The notes: generated from the sequence alone by a model not told the origin. A stretch of 64,000 nt of DNA from an uncultured Actinomycetota bacterium (GCA_963723605.1 CAVRRM010000011.1:23367-87366); one strand, 5' to 3'. Shown: positions 30,561-43,021, numbered from the stretch's first letter. Translations and numbers: made by a program.

Positions 30561-32424
30561 CGCCGCTGACCCAGATGAACATCCTGGTGATGACCCTGGG
30601 GTTCTTCGGGAACTCCTTCGGTTTCGGGATCGTGTTCTCCGCGGTCAACCCGCTGTTCTTGTTCATCGGGGCCGACCCGCACGACCTGCCGATCCTGAAC
30701 ATCGCCGGCCCGATCACCGGCTTGTTCATCCAGCCGCTGATCGGCGCGATCAGCGACAAGACCTGGAGCGACCGGTGGGGTCGCCGCAAGCCGTACATCG
30801 TCGGCGGCGCGCTGCTGGCGGCCGCTGGTGCTTGATCATCTTCCCGTTCGTGGGGGTGTTGTGGGCCGCGGTCGTGTGCCTGTGGCTGCTCGACATCGGC
30901 AACAACACCACGGCCGAGCCCTACCGGGCCTTCCTGTCGGACCGGCTGCCCAAGAACCAGCTGGCGCGCGGGCTTCCTGACCCAGAGCTTCTACGCCGGG
31001 CTCGGCGCGGTGCTCGCCAACCTGGCCATCTTCGTGCTCCAGAAGTTCATCACCGGTGAGGGCTCGAACGGCCTGCCGTACTGGATGTACGTGTGCTTCT
31101 GGCTGGGCACGGTCAGCATCCTGATCACGGTCATCATCGCCATGACGCGCGGGCCCAAGGAGCTCCGGCCCGACGAGGAGGAGATCGCCGAGATCCGCGC
31201 GGCGCCGAAGGGCCTGGGCGCCGCGGTCAAGGACATCGCCAGCGCCGTGCGGACCATGCCGGTGGCCATGCACAAGATCGGCGCTGGTGTTCTTCTTCCA
31301 GTGGTACGCCATGTTCATCTACTGGCAGTTCGTCGCGGTCAGCCTCGGCGAGACGGTCTTCAACGCCGACCCCGAGACCGGCGGCGAGGCCTGGGAAGAG
31401 ACGGTCGTCGTGGACCGGCCTGCATGAACGCCACCTACAACTTCTTCACCATGATCGCGGCGCTGTTCCTGATCGGCTGGGTGCCAGCGGGTCGGGGCGA
31501 AGAAGGTCCAGGCGATCTGCCTCGGCATCGCCGCGATCTCGCTGGTCGGCGCTGTCGCAGATCGGCAACCAGTACCTCGCCCTGGTGCCGATGATCGGCC
31601 TCGGCATCGCCTGGGCCAGCATGATCGGGCTGCCGTCGATGATGGTGTCGACCCTCGTGCCGAAGAAGCAGACCGGCGTCTACCTCGGCATCCTCAACAT
31701 GATGATCGTGGTCCCGATGCTGATCCAGACCGTGACCTTCGGCTGGATCTTCGACGAACCTGCTGGGCAGCAGCGGCAGCAACGCCATCCTGCTGGCCGG
31801 GATCATGCTCGGCTGCGGCGGCATCTGCATGCTGTGGGTCAACCCGCCGCCGGAGGACGAGGAGTCGCCGCTGATCCCGCTGGGCGCTCCGCGGCACATC
31901 CATGTCGGTCTACGACGAGGTGATCGTCGGCTACCGACGGCACGCCCACCTCGCTGGTCACGCGTCGGTCACGCGGCCGGCATCGCCCACGCCGCCGAGG
32001 CCAAGCTGGTCGTGGTCAGCGCCTACGACGAGCGGCACGCAGCGCGAGGGCGTGACCGCCGAGGGCACGCGCCAGCTGCTGCACGGCAAGGCCGCGGCCG
32101 AGGCGGCCATGCGGGCTTCGGTGAAGGCGCTGAGCGAAGGGGACCGACCACCACATCAAGCAGTTCGAGGAGCGGGTCGTGGCCGGCCGGCCCTGCTCAG
32201 GCCCTGCTCGAGGCGGCCGGGACGAACCCGAAGAACCTGATCGTGGTCGGCAACCGAGGCCTCGGCGCTGACGAGGGACGAGCTGCTGGGGGCGGTGCCC
32301 GGCCGAGGTGGTGCGGAACGCGGTCTGCAACGTGATGATCGTCCAGACCACGTCGCATCCGGACGACCTGGCCGCGATGATAGCGGTGATGGCGAAAGAC
32401 CCGGCCGACCACCGGCCTAGTTGA
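30561..32424 (+). CDS. MFS sugar (maltose/sucrose-type) transporter fused to a C-terminal universal stress protein domain; heavily frameshifted, start missing or uncertain
   Basis: PLTQMNILVMTLGFFG, IQPLIGAISD..WGRRKPY, GVYLGILNMMIVVPMLI; then VYDEVIVG, AKLVVVSAY, LIVVGNRGL, VRNAVCNVMIV. Confidence 0.7.
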
Positions 32425-32441
32425 TCCACCGCGCTACGGGT

Positions 32442-32979
32442 TCAGTGCTCGGGTTCACACCCGGGCACTGCCCGAACCCAGGCTAGGTCGGCCGCGAGCA
32501 TCAGCTGCCAGAGTTCGGTGTCCAGTCGCCGGCCGAACTTGAACCCCACCTCCCGCAGCACGCCGACCCGCTCGAAGCCGAGCGCCCGATGCAGCGCCGC
32601 ACTGCCCGGGTTCGGGGCCGCGATCACGGCGATCGCGGTGTGCATGCCGTCGGCCCGCAGCCGCTTGAGCAGGTCGCCGTAAAGCACCCGTCCGATGCCG
32701 CGGCCGCGGCCGCTCGGGGCCAGGTAGATCGAGGTCTCCTTCGTGGACGCATACCCGCCGCGCGGGCGGTACGCCACGCTGTAGGCGTACCCGAGCACCA
32801 CGCCCGCCTCCTTCGCGACCAGCAGGTGATGGCCGGGGGAGACGTCGTCCGCCTTCTGCCGCCAGGTGTCCGCCGGGGGCGGGGTGGTGTCGAAGGTGGC
32901 CGTCCCGTTTTCCACCTGATCGGCGTAGATGGCCGCGATCGCGGCCACGTCGCCGGCGGCAGCCGGGTCGGATCAACAC
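32442..32979 (-). CDS. GNAT N-acetyltransferase, phosphinothricin acetyltransferase (YncA/Pat) family; frameshift near the start
   Basis: IAAIY..TATFD, GRGRGIG, PNPGSAALH, GFKFGRRLDT. Confidence 0.85.
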
Positions 32980-33022
32980 CCCGGCACCTTAACCCTGACC
33001 ACTGTCTGCCGGGGGAGCCCGG

Positions 33023-35266
<2,244 letters not shown>

Positions 35267-35277
35267 GGACCTGGTCC

Positions 35278-35919
35278 ATGGCGAACCTCGATCGCGACTT
35301 CTTCGTCGCATCGTTCCGACGGATGGCGAAGACCGCCGAGGAGCACCGTGACGAATGGACGAAGCTCGACGGCGACATCGGCGACGGCGACCACGGCATC
35401 AACCTGACCATCGGGTTCCGCGAGGTGGTCAAGCAGCTCGACGCGCTACCCGACGACACCGATGTGGCCGGCACCTTCAAGCTGGTCGGCATGACCCTGC
35501 TGCGCAAGGTTGGCGGTGCGTCCGGTCCGCTCTACGGCAGCTTCTTCATGAAGGCCGGCGCCGAGGTGGCCGACCAGGGCGAGGTCTCGTTCGACGACCT
35601 GCGCCGCATGCTCAGGGCTGGGGTGGATGCCATTCTCGCCCGCGGCAAGGCCTCTGTCGGCGACAAGACCATGATCGACAGCTACGTGCCCGGGCTGGAG
35701 GTGCTGGAGGCGGCCGACCCCGACGACCCGGTGGCCGCATTCACCGCTTTCGTCGATCGAATGAAGCAGGGCTCGGACGAAACCATCCCACTGGTGGCCA
35801 AGAAGGGCCGAGCGATGCGGCTGGGCGAGCGCGCCATCGGGCACCGCGACCCAGGTTCGCAGTCGTCCTGGATGTTGATGAACTGTTTCCTTGAGGAGCT
35901 CAAGTCTGCCGCTGGGTGA
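35278..35919 (+). CDS. dhaL: Dihydroxyacetone kinase subunit L
   Basis: LDGDIGDGDHG, GGASGPLYG, GDKTMID, GRA, DPG. Confidence 0.9.
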   Translation: MANLDRDFFVASFRRMAKTAEEHRDEWTKLDGDIGDGDHGINLTIGFREVVKQLDALPDDTDVAGTFKLVGMTLLRKVGGASGPLYGSFFMKAGAEVADQGEVSFDDLRRMLRAGVDAILARGKASVGDKTMIDSYVPGLEVLEAADPDDPVAAFTAFVDRMKQGSDETIPLVAKKGRAMRLGERAIGHRDPGSQSSWMLMNCFLEELKSAAG

Positions 35920-35930
35920 GCTTGCCGTTT

Positions 35931-36036
35931 GTTGAGCTGGTCAAACCTGGTGCGGGTTGAACCCGTCGCCGGTTGGGCTTTCGCTGGTTGAGCTTGTCGA
36001 ACCCCCACCTCACCAAGGTGTCGACAAGCTCAACCC
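35931..36036. repeat. REP-like palindromic repeat cluster
   Basis: GGTTGAGCTTGTCGA ... TCGACAAGCTCAACC, a 15-bp perfect inverted repeat plus degenerate copies, between convergent genes. Confidence 0.75.
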
Positions 36037-36087
36037 AAGAGTCTGGGCGTTGGCCGGTGCCTGATCGGCCGAGTTCGGACGGTGCGC

Positions 36088-36756
36088 TCAGATGTTGGCG
36101 CTCAGCCGCCACTGTGCCGAGTCGCCGTTGCTGTTCATGTACCGAACACCGGACAGTGCGGCACCGTTCGGCACGTCGAAGACGATCCAGCCCTTGGCGC
36201 ACTGGCCGGGCTTGTACAACCGGCCGTTGCCGTTGGGGTACACCGGCGCGGGTTCGGCGTTGCCCTTGGTGGTGCTGGCCGGGTATTCCTCGCTGTCGGG
36301 GCCGAGCAACACCCAGTTGTCCCAGACGAGTTCGACGCCGGAAGCCGCCGCCACGTTGCAGGTCTTCACCATCACCTGCACCTGGTTGCCCCGGTGGCCG
36401 GCGATTTTCGCGCGCTTGCTGTCGAGCGCCGTGGTGGTCAGTTCACCGGCCAGGTCGAGAATCTCCCCCGGAGCGCGGAACGCACCCGCCGAACCAGACT
36501 CGGTCGGGCTGGGGGAAACCGACCCGCTCACCGACGTGGAGGGAGAGGCGCTCGGGTCGTAGCTCTCGGTCATGCTCGAGGACGGGCTCGGAGAGTCACT
36601 CATCGACCCGCTGTCGGACGGGGACGGCGAGGCGGAGTCGGACGCGGTGGCTGACCAGGAGGAGGGCTCGGGCGATGGGCTGGTACTCGGCGTCGTGGCG
36701 GGCTGCCCGATCGTGCAGGCACTCAACAGCAGGAGCAGGGGCAGCAGGCGCTTCAT
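36088..36756 (-). CDS. Putative lipoprotein with Ser/Pro-rich linker and Ig-like (DUF4352-like) domain
   Basis: MKRLLPLLLLLSAC lipobox; PGQCAKGWIVFDVP. Confidence 0.7.
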   Translation of the reverse strand: MKRLLPLLLLLSACTIGQPATTPSTSPSPEPSSWSATASDSASPSPSDSGSMSDSPSPSSSMTESYDPSASPSTSVSGSVSPSPTESGSAGAFRAPGEILDLAGELTTTALDSKRAKIAGHRGNQVQVMVKTCNVAAASGVELVWDNWVLLGPDSEEYPASTTKGNAEPAPVYPNGNGRLYKPGQCAKGWIVFDVPNGAALSGVRYMNSNGDSAQWRLSANI

Positions 36757-36811
36757 GCGCCGAACACTACGGGGGACGCCGATCAAGTGGTACCCCACCA
36801 AAGGGGATGAT

Positions 36812-37775
36812 TCAGCAGCGAACAGTCCAGGACCGGCTCGGCGTGGTGCCGGGAAAGTTGCGGCAGGTACCCAGCCCGCGCTGGTCGAGGCCGGCCTTCA
36901 TCTGCCGAATGGCCGACACCGAGAAGCCGTGCCACTGCATGTGCATCAGCACCGTGCCACCTGCGCCGGGACCGTGCACCGCCGCACTGATCACGTTCTG
37001 CTGCGAGCGGCCCCGCCAGTCCAGGGTGTCGACCGTCCAGGTCCAGATCTTCATGCCCTTGGCCGCGTAGGCGTGGGCCACTGTTGCATTGATGTCGCCG
37101 AACGGTGGACGGCCATAGCGGGACTGGATGCCCGGACGTCCGAGTTGGGCGAGCACGCCGGCATAGGTCTGCCGGTCCAGATCGGGGTGGCTGATCGAGT
37201 GATTGAACACGTAGTGGCCGTGGGCCCGGGCGAAGGACGCCGAGAAACGTCCGCTGCGCAGGCAGTCACCGGTCGGGAACAGGATCAGCCCGACGCCGAG
37301 TTTCTCGGCCCCGATGACCACCGCCTTGAACACCGTCAGGTTGCGCGGGCAGTCATCGAAGGTGAGCGCCACCCGGCCGCTGCGGTTGGGGCCGGACGCG
37401 TACCGATAGCCCTGGTAAATCGGCCGCTGCGCGCTGGGAGTGACCGGCCTGGGCTTGGCCGTCGGCTTGGACGGGTTCGTCGTGGCGGTCGCAACCAGCA
37501 GACGCGGTCGACTTCTTCGTGGAGCTGTCCTGCTTGCTGGAACTGGTAGCGGACTCGCTCTGGTTCGCCTTCCTCGTCCGGTCCGCCTTCGACGCGTGGT
37601 CGGTCTTCTTGCGGTCCGGCCTGGTGCCCGTCTCGCCACGCAACCCGGTCGCCGAGGTGGAGGTGGTCGGTGGGGGCGCCGACCGCCCCCTCGCGGGGGC
37701 GTTCTGTCCAGACAGCAGCAGCGCGATCACCGTGGCCACGGCGACCACCTCGAGCGCCCCCACCAACTTGCGCAC
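36812..37775 (-). CDS. Secreted or anchored polysaccharide deacetylase (CE4/NodB); frameshift near 37495
   Basis: ALTFDD, NHSISH, RPPFG, DTLDW, LMH; the N-terminal hydrophobic segment is in the 37775 frame. Confidence 0.85.
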
Positions 37776-37900
37776 GGAACTCCCCCGGATTCACCGCTGA
37801 TCAACCGCTACTTCGCTGAGCATAGATACATTCGCTGCCCGCCGGCCCCGTCCGAACGAGCGGAGTATCAAGCCTCAAGTGCAAGTCGAACCTGACCTGG

Positions 37901-38368
37901 TCAGGCCAGGGCCGCACGCACCAGGGCGGCGGCCGTCTTGCCATCGCCCCGGCCGCTGATCCTCGGCGTGACCGCCTTCATCACCAGCCCCATCTGGCGC
38001 ATGGACGGCTGCTCACCCAGTGCCGCGGTGACGACCGCCACTTCCTCGGCCACGATCGCGGCGACCTCGGCCTCGGTCAGTTGCTCGGGCAGGTAGGCAC
38101 CCAGAATCGCGGCTTCGGCGAGTTCCTTCTTGGCAAGTTCGGGACGGTTGCCCGCGGTGTACGCCTCGGCGGAGTCCTTGCGCTTGGACACCTCACGCGA
38201 CAGCACGGCCTGCTCTTCGGCCTCGGTCAGGTCACGGGCCTGTTTGCCGGCGACCTCCTCGTTGGCGATCGCAGCCAGCGCCATTCGGACGGTGGACTTG
38301 CGGGCTTCGTCGTGAGCCTTGAGCGCCGTGACCAGGTCGGTCTTGAGGCGGTCCTTGATCGCTGCCAT
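37901..38368 (-). CDS. GatB/YqeY domain protein
   Basis: LKTDLVTALKA, KRKDSAEAY, YLPEQL, MGLVMK, DGK. Confidence 0.9.
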   Translation of the reverse strand: MAAIKDRLKTDLVTALKAHDEARKSTVRMALAAIANEEVAGKQARDLTEAEEQAVLSREVSKRKDSAEAYTAGNRPELAKKELAEAAILGAYLPEQLTEAEVAAIVAEEVAVVTAALGEQPSMRQMGLVMKAVTPRISGRGDGKTAAALVRAALA

Positions 38369-38434
38369 GAAGTGAGTGTCCTTTCGGGTAACCGCACCAT
38401 TGTGTCACCCCGCCAAGCACTAGAATCTGCGCCG

Positions 38435-39002
38435 ATGACCATCCGACTGTTCGCCGCGGTGGTTCCGCCGGCCGAGGTTCTGAACACCGTGGACGCCTTC
38501 GTCGAGCCGCGTCGGAACGCCGATGCCAACCTGCGTTGGGTGCGCCGGGAGAACTGGCACCTGACCCTGGCCTTCTACGGCGATGTGCCGGACGACCGCG
38601 TCGACCCGCTGCGGGACGCGCTCGCCGCCGTCCGAGCCAGCCCGTTCACCCTGACCCTGGACGGCTCCGGCGCCTTTCCGAACCCGTCCGGCGCCAGGGT
38701 GCTCTACCAGGCCGTGAGCGTCGGCGCGGAACGTTTCGCCGCCCTCAGCGGCACCGTGAGAACGCGCGCCGATCGCCTTGGAGTGCCGTCCGACAACGCC
38801 AAGAAAGTGCCGCACCTGACCCTGGCCCGCACCCGCCGGCCGGGCGACGCCACCCGCTGGCTGCGGATCGTGGACAGCTTCCCGGCGCAGTCGCTTCCCG
38901 GTAGATTCGTTCGCGTTGTTCAGCTCGGAGTTGCGCCCGTCCGGTCCGGTCTACCGGGTGCTGGAGACCGTCGAACTGGGCGGGCGTCCGGACTCCGAGT
39001 AG
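38435..39002 (+). CDS. thpR: RNA 2',3'-cyclic phosphodiesterase (2H phosphoesterase); frameshift near 38895
   Basis: RLFAAV and two HxT motifs (WHLTLAF, PHLTLAR); the tail GPVYRVLETVEL lies in a shifted frame. Confidence 0.85.
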
Positions 39003-39054
39003 TGGGGGAGCGAAGGTTCGGCATCGGTAGGCTTGGCGGGCTGTCCCAACGAAG

Positions 39055-40347
39055 GTGAGCAAACCTGTGACCTACCAGCCCGAAACCCTGGCCGTCCACG
39101 CCGGCCAGGAGACCGCCGATCCGGCGACCAACGCCCGCGCGGTGCCGATCTACCAGACCACGTCGTATGTGTTCGACGACACCCAGCACGCGGCGGACCT
39201 GTTCGCCCTCAAGGTGACTGGCAACATCTACACCCGGATCATGAATCCGACCCAGAACGTGTTCGAGACTCGGATGGCGGCCCTGGAGGGCGGCGTCGGC
39301 GCACTGGCCACCAGCTCCGGCGCGGCAGCCATCACCTACGCGGTGTTGAACCTGACCTATTCCGGCGACAACATCGTCGCCCTGTCCACCCTGTACGGCG
39401 GCACCTACGCCCTGTTCGCCCACACCCTGCCGCAGTTCGGCATCGAGGTTCGCTTCGTCGATCCGGAGCAGCCGGGCGACCTCGCCCAGCACGTCGACGA
39501 CAAGACCAAACTGGTCTTCGGTGAGACCGTCGGCAACCCGCTGGTCAACGTCGTCGACCTGGACGCCTGGTCGGCCGCGGCCCACGAACTCGGGCTGCCG
39601 TTCATCGTCGACAACACCGTGCCCACGCCGTACCTGTGCCGGGTGTTCGAGCACGGCGTCGACGTCGCGGTGCATTCGGCCACCAAGTACATCGGCGGCC
39701 ATGGCACGTCCATCGGTGGCGTGATCGTCGATTCGGGCAACTTCGACTGGACCGCGCACGCCGAGCGGTTTCCGGGGTTGACCAAGCCCGACCACGCCTA
39801 CCACGAGGTGGTGTGGACCGAGGCGGTCGGCAACCTCGCCTACATCATCCGAGCCCGCACCGTGCTGCTGCGCAACACCGGCGCGGCGATCACCCCGATG
39901 AACTCGTGGTTGTTCCTGCAGGGACTGGAGACCCTGCACCTGCGGATGGAGCGGCACAGCAGCAATGCGCTGACCGTGGCCCGCTACCTGGAGCAGCACG
40001 CAGCGGTGGACTGGGTGAACTACCCGGGCCTGGAATCGTCCCAGTGGCATCAGGCGGCCAAGCGGATCCTGCCCCGGGGTGCCGCCGGCGTCGTCTCGTT
40101 CGGGCTGAAAGCAGGTCGCGAGGGCGGGTCGAAGCTGGTCGAGTCGCTGGAGCTGTTCAGCCACCTGGCCAACATCGGCGACGCCAAGTCGCTGGTCATC
40201 CACAACGCGTCCACGACCCACTCCCAGCTCACCGAAGACGAACTCGCCGCCGCCGGGGTGGCGCCCGAGATGGTCCGGCTGTCGGTCGGGATCGAGCACG
40301 TGGACGACCTGATCGCGGACCTGGATCAGGCCCTGGCGCAGTTCTGA
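39055..40347 (+). CDS. metY: O-acetylhomoserine aminocarboxypropyltransferase (sulfhydrylase)
   Basis: PIYQTTSY, YTRIMNPT, HSATKY (PLP lysine), ANIGDAKSL. Confidence 0.95.
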   Translation: MSKPVTYQPETLAVHAGQETADPATNARAVPIYQTTSYVFDDTQHAADLFALKVTGNIYTRIMNPTQNVFETRMAALEGGVGALATSSGAAAITYAVLNLTYSGDNIVALSTLYGGTYALFAHTLPQFGIEVRFVDPEQPGDLAQHVDDKTKLVFGETVGNPLVNVVDLDAWSAAAHELGLPFIVDNTVPTPYLCRVFEHGVDVAVHSATKYIGGHGTSIGGVIVDSGNFDWTAHAERFPGLTKPDHAYHEVVWTEAVGNLAYIIRARTVLLRNTGAAITPMNSWLFLQGLETLHLRMERHSSNALTVARYLEQHAAVDWVNYPGLESSQWHQAAKRILPRGAAGVVSFGLKAGREGGSKLVESLELFSHLANIGDAKSLVIHNASTTHSQLTEDELAAAGVAPEMVRLSVGIEHVDDLIADLDQALAQF

Positions 40348-40351
40348 GCCG

Positions 40352-41491
40352 ATGACCCGCACCGGTTCGCTCGGCCTGGTCCAGACCCGGACCGCCCGGC
40401 TGTTCACCACCGGCGAGCCGTTGCGGCTCGCCGGGGGTCAGTCGCTGGGTCCGGTCGACGTCGCCTACGAGACCTACGGCACCCTGTCGGCCGCAAAGGA
40501 CAACGCGGTCTTCATCTGTCATGCCCTGACCGGCGACGCCCACGCCGCCGGACTGCACGCGGGTGCCAAGCGGCCGGGTTGGTGGGACAACCTGATCGGG
40601 CCGGGAAAGCCGCTCGACACCGACCGGTTCTTCGTGATCAGTGCGAATCTGCTGGGCGGCTGCCAGGGCACCACCGGGCCCGGATCCGTCGACCCCGACA
40701 CCGGACGGGCGCACGGGCTCGACTTTCCGCTGCTCGACATGGCCGACTTCGTCACCGTGCACCGCGCCCTGCTGGCTCACCTGGGCATCGAGCGGTTGCT
40801 GGCGGCGCTGGGTGGCTCGCTGGGCGGCATGCAGGTGCTGCAGTGGGCGCTGAGCTATCCCGAGCAACTCGCAAACGCCGCGATCGTGGCGGCGTCGTCG
40901 CGGTTGACCGCGCAGAACATCGCCTTCTCCGCGGTCGCCCGACGGGCGATCATGGACGATCCCGACTTTCACGGCGGACGCTACGCCGAGCGCGGCGTCG
41001 TCCCACGACTCGGGCTGCGGACCGCCCGGATGATGGCCCACATCACCTACCTCAGCGAGGACGCCTTCAGCGAGAAGTTCGGCCGCAACCCGCACCCCGA
41101 GCGCGACAAGCCGGGTTTCGGCATCGACTTCGCCGTGGAGAGCTATCTCGACTATCAGGGCCGAGCGTTCCTGGAGCGGTTCGACGCCCTTTCCTACCTG
41201 TACCTGTCCCGGGTGATGGACTACTTCGACCCGTTCAGCCGGCCGGAGGCGACCGCCGCGATCGCGGCGCTGCCGGTGAACTTTCTGGTGATGTCGTTCG
41301 ACACCGACTGGCGATTCAGCACCGAACACTCGCGCCGAATCGTCAAGCACCTGGAGCGCGCCGACCAGCCGATCACCTTCCGCAACATTCCGTCCAGCTG
41401 GGGTCACGATTCGTTTCTGCTGCCGGTCGAGCGGTACCACGACACCCTGCGGGGCTGGTTCGGCCGGGCGCTACGGGACGGGCTGCGATGA
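40352..41491 (+). CDS. metX: Homoserine O-acetyltransferase
   Basis: CHALTGD, GGSLGGMQ, GHDSFL. Confidence 0.93.
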   Translation: MTRTGSLGLVQTRTARLFTTGEPLRLAGGQSLGPVDVAYETYGTLSAAKDNAVFICHALTGDAHAAGLHAGAKRPGWWDNLIGPGKPLDTDRFFVISANLLGGCQGTTGPGSVDPDTGRAHGLDFPLLDMADFVTVHRALLAHLGIERLLAALGGSLGGMQVLQWALSYPEQLANAAIVAASSRLTAQNIAFSAVARRAIMDDPDFHGGRYAERGVVPRLGLRTARMMAHITYLSEDAFSEKFGRNPHPERDKPGFGIDFAVESYLDYQGRAFLERFDALSYLYLSRVMDYFDPFSRPEATAAIAALPVNFLVMSFDTDWRFSTEHSRRIVKHLERADQPITFRNIPSSWGHDSFLLPVERYHDTLRGWFGRALRDGLR

Positions 41492-42084
41492 CTCTTCGTC
41501 CGGATCTCAACCTGATCGCCCACCTGATTCCCGGCTCGTCCCGGGTGCTTGACCTGGGCTGCGGCGACGGGGCCCTGCTGCAGCACCTGATCGCCGATCA
41601 CGACTGTTCCGGCACCGGGGTCGAGATCGATCCGGAGAAGGTCCTGGCGGCGATCATCGCCGGGGTCCCGGTGGTCGAGCTGGACCTGGACGCGGACCTG
41701 GCCATGTTCGCGTCCGGCTCCTACGACGTGGTGGTGCTGTCCCGCACCATTCAGACCATTCGGCATCCGGAGTTGGTGCTGCAGGAGATGGCCCGGATCG
41801 GCGAGCGGCTGATCGTGTCGGTGCCGAACTTCGGGCTGCTGCAGCACCGGCTGATGCTGCTGCGGGGCCACATGCCGATGTCACGCGAGCTGCCCTACAG
41901 CTGGTACGACACCCCCAACCTGCGGTTCACCACCCTGGTCGACCTGGAGGACCTGTTCGCCAAGCTCGGCTTGTTGATCGACCAGCGGATCAACCTGTCG
42001 CTCAAGGGTGAACCCCTCGGTGGACGATTCCGCGCCGCCAACCTGCGCGCCGGCGCGGCGGTCTACGTGCTCACCCAGCGCTGA
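41488..42084 (+). CDS. metW: Methionine biosynthesis protein MetW
   Basis: SRVLDLGCGDGALL, PNF, WYDTPN; directly follows metX. Confidence 0.9.
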   Translation: MTLRPDLNLIAHLIPGSSRVLDLGCGDGALLQHLIADHDCSGTGVEIDPEKVLAAIIAGVPVVELDLDADLAMFASGSYDVVVLSRTIQTIRHPELVLQEMARIGERLIVSVPNFGLLQHRLMLLRGHMPMSRELPYSWYDTPNLRFTTLVDLEDLFAKLGLLIDQRINLSLKGEPLGGRFRAANLRAGAAVYVLTQR

Positions 42085-42210
42085 ATCATCGGGGACGGTT
42101 CTTTTTCGTTCACCGGGGTTGGCCGAATGATCGGGGACGGTTCTTTTTCGTTCACCGGGGTTGTGGAACTGAGCTGAATGGTTGGGGACGGTTCTTTTTC
42201 GTTCACCGGG
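42082..42210. repeat. Three direct copies of a 31-bp unit with core GGGGACGGTTCTTTTTCGTTCA, separated by 11- and 20-nt linkers
   Basis: Units at 42082-42112, 42124-42154 and 42175-42205. Confidence 0.92.
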
Positions 42211-42240
42211 ACGAAGGGCCGTCCCCCAACGATCCGGGAT

Positions 42241-42452
42241 TGAACGGGAAGGAACCGTCCCCGCTCGTTCATTGGGGTTGAACGGGAAGGAACCGTCCCC
42301 GATCGTTCATTGGGGCTGAACGGGAAGGAACCGTCCCCGATCGTTCATTGGGGTTGAACGGGAAGGAACCGTCCCCGATCGTTCACTGGGACTGAACGGG
42401 AAGGAACCGTCCCCGATCGTTCATTGGGGTTGAACGGGAAGGAACCGTCCCC
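42241..42452. repeat. Tandem array of about 5.6 x 38 bp (TGAACGGGAAGGAACCGTCCCCGATCGTTCATTGGGGT), inverted relative to the 42082 units
   Basis: Units start at 42241, 42279, 42317, 42355, 42393 and 42431. Confidence 0.95.
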
Positions 42453-42482
42453 AATAGTGCGCGATCGGTCAGCCCAGCCAAC

Positions 42483-42950
42483 TCAGGCGGCGCGCTCGTC
42501 CGCCATTCGCTCGGGCACCATCAGTTGCGATCGGCTGGGTGCGTACGCCTTCAGCCGCAGGGGCATGCCGGCCTCACTGGGGGTGCGGTTGGCCTTCTTC
42601 GCGTTGCAGCCGTGACAGGCCGCCACCGTGTTGATCCAGGTGTTCGAGCCACCCCTGGAGATCGGCAGCACATGGTCGACCGTGGCAGCCTTCTCGCCGC
42701 AGTACCCGCAGGTGTGCCGGTCGCGCTTGAGGACGCCACGCTTGGTCCAGCCGGGCACCCGGTTGTACAGAAACGTGGTCTTCACGTAGCGCACCAGGCG
42801 AAGCACCTCGGGCTGGGGAAATGGCCCGAACAGCAGCTCTGGGTGCGCGGCCTCGACCACGGCGACCTTGCGCACCAGCATGCCGATTGCGTGCTGCATC
42901 GAGACAGTGTGCAGCGCAGTGTCATCGGTGTTCAGGATCAGGACGGCCAT
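42483..42950 (-). CDS. Stand-alone HNH endonuclease with Zn-binding CxxC pairs
   Basis: VLILN...P..LRLVRYV N-terminus; RD..TCGYC, TVDHVLPISRGG, ACHGCNAKK; GGGAG ribosome-binding site. Confidence 0.92.
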   Translation of the reverse strand: MAVLILNTDDTALHTVSMQHAIGMLVRKVAVVEAAHPELLFGPFPQPEVLRLVRYVKTTFLYNRVPGWTKRGVLKRDRHTCGYCGEKAATVDHVLPISRGGSNTWINTVAACHGCNAKKANRTPSEAGMPLRLKAYAPSRSQLMVPERMADERAA

Positions 42951-42987
42951 CCCGGTGCTCCCTTCTCGGTCTGCCCTGGTCGAGGGC

Positions 42988-43021
42988 AAAAAAAACCCGC
43001 CCCGCGCGAGCGCGGGACGGT
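42988..43021 (-). terminator. Intrinsic terminator in the 5' leader of the HNH gene (attenuator candidate)
   Basis: Minus strand reads ACCGTCCCGCGC-TC-GCGCGGGGCGGG-TTTTTTTT, ending 37 nt before the HNH ATG. Confidence 0.8.

Noticed and set aside
39003-39054. SAM riboswitch upstream of metY
   Set aside because: Only 52 nt of intergenic space and no recognisable SAM-I/IV core.
42063-42272. ORF with repeated PVNEKEPSP peptide
   Set aside because: A by-product of translating the DNA repeat; unit spacing and codon usage do not support a protein.
42082-42452. CRISPR or TIGR-type guide array
   Set aside because: The right units are tandem with only 1-2 nt of variation. The left linkers are 11 and 20 nt and share a prefix. 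There are no unique spacers and no cas or Nop-domain genes in the window.
42483-42950. IscB/Cas9-like or group II intron/homing nuclease
   Set aside because: Only 155 aa, with no RuvC, PLMP, bridge-helix or reverse transcriptase motifs.
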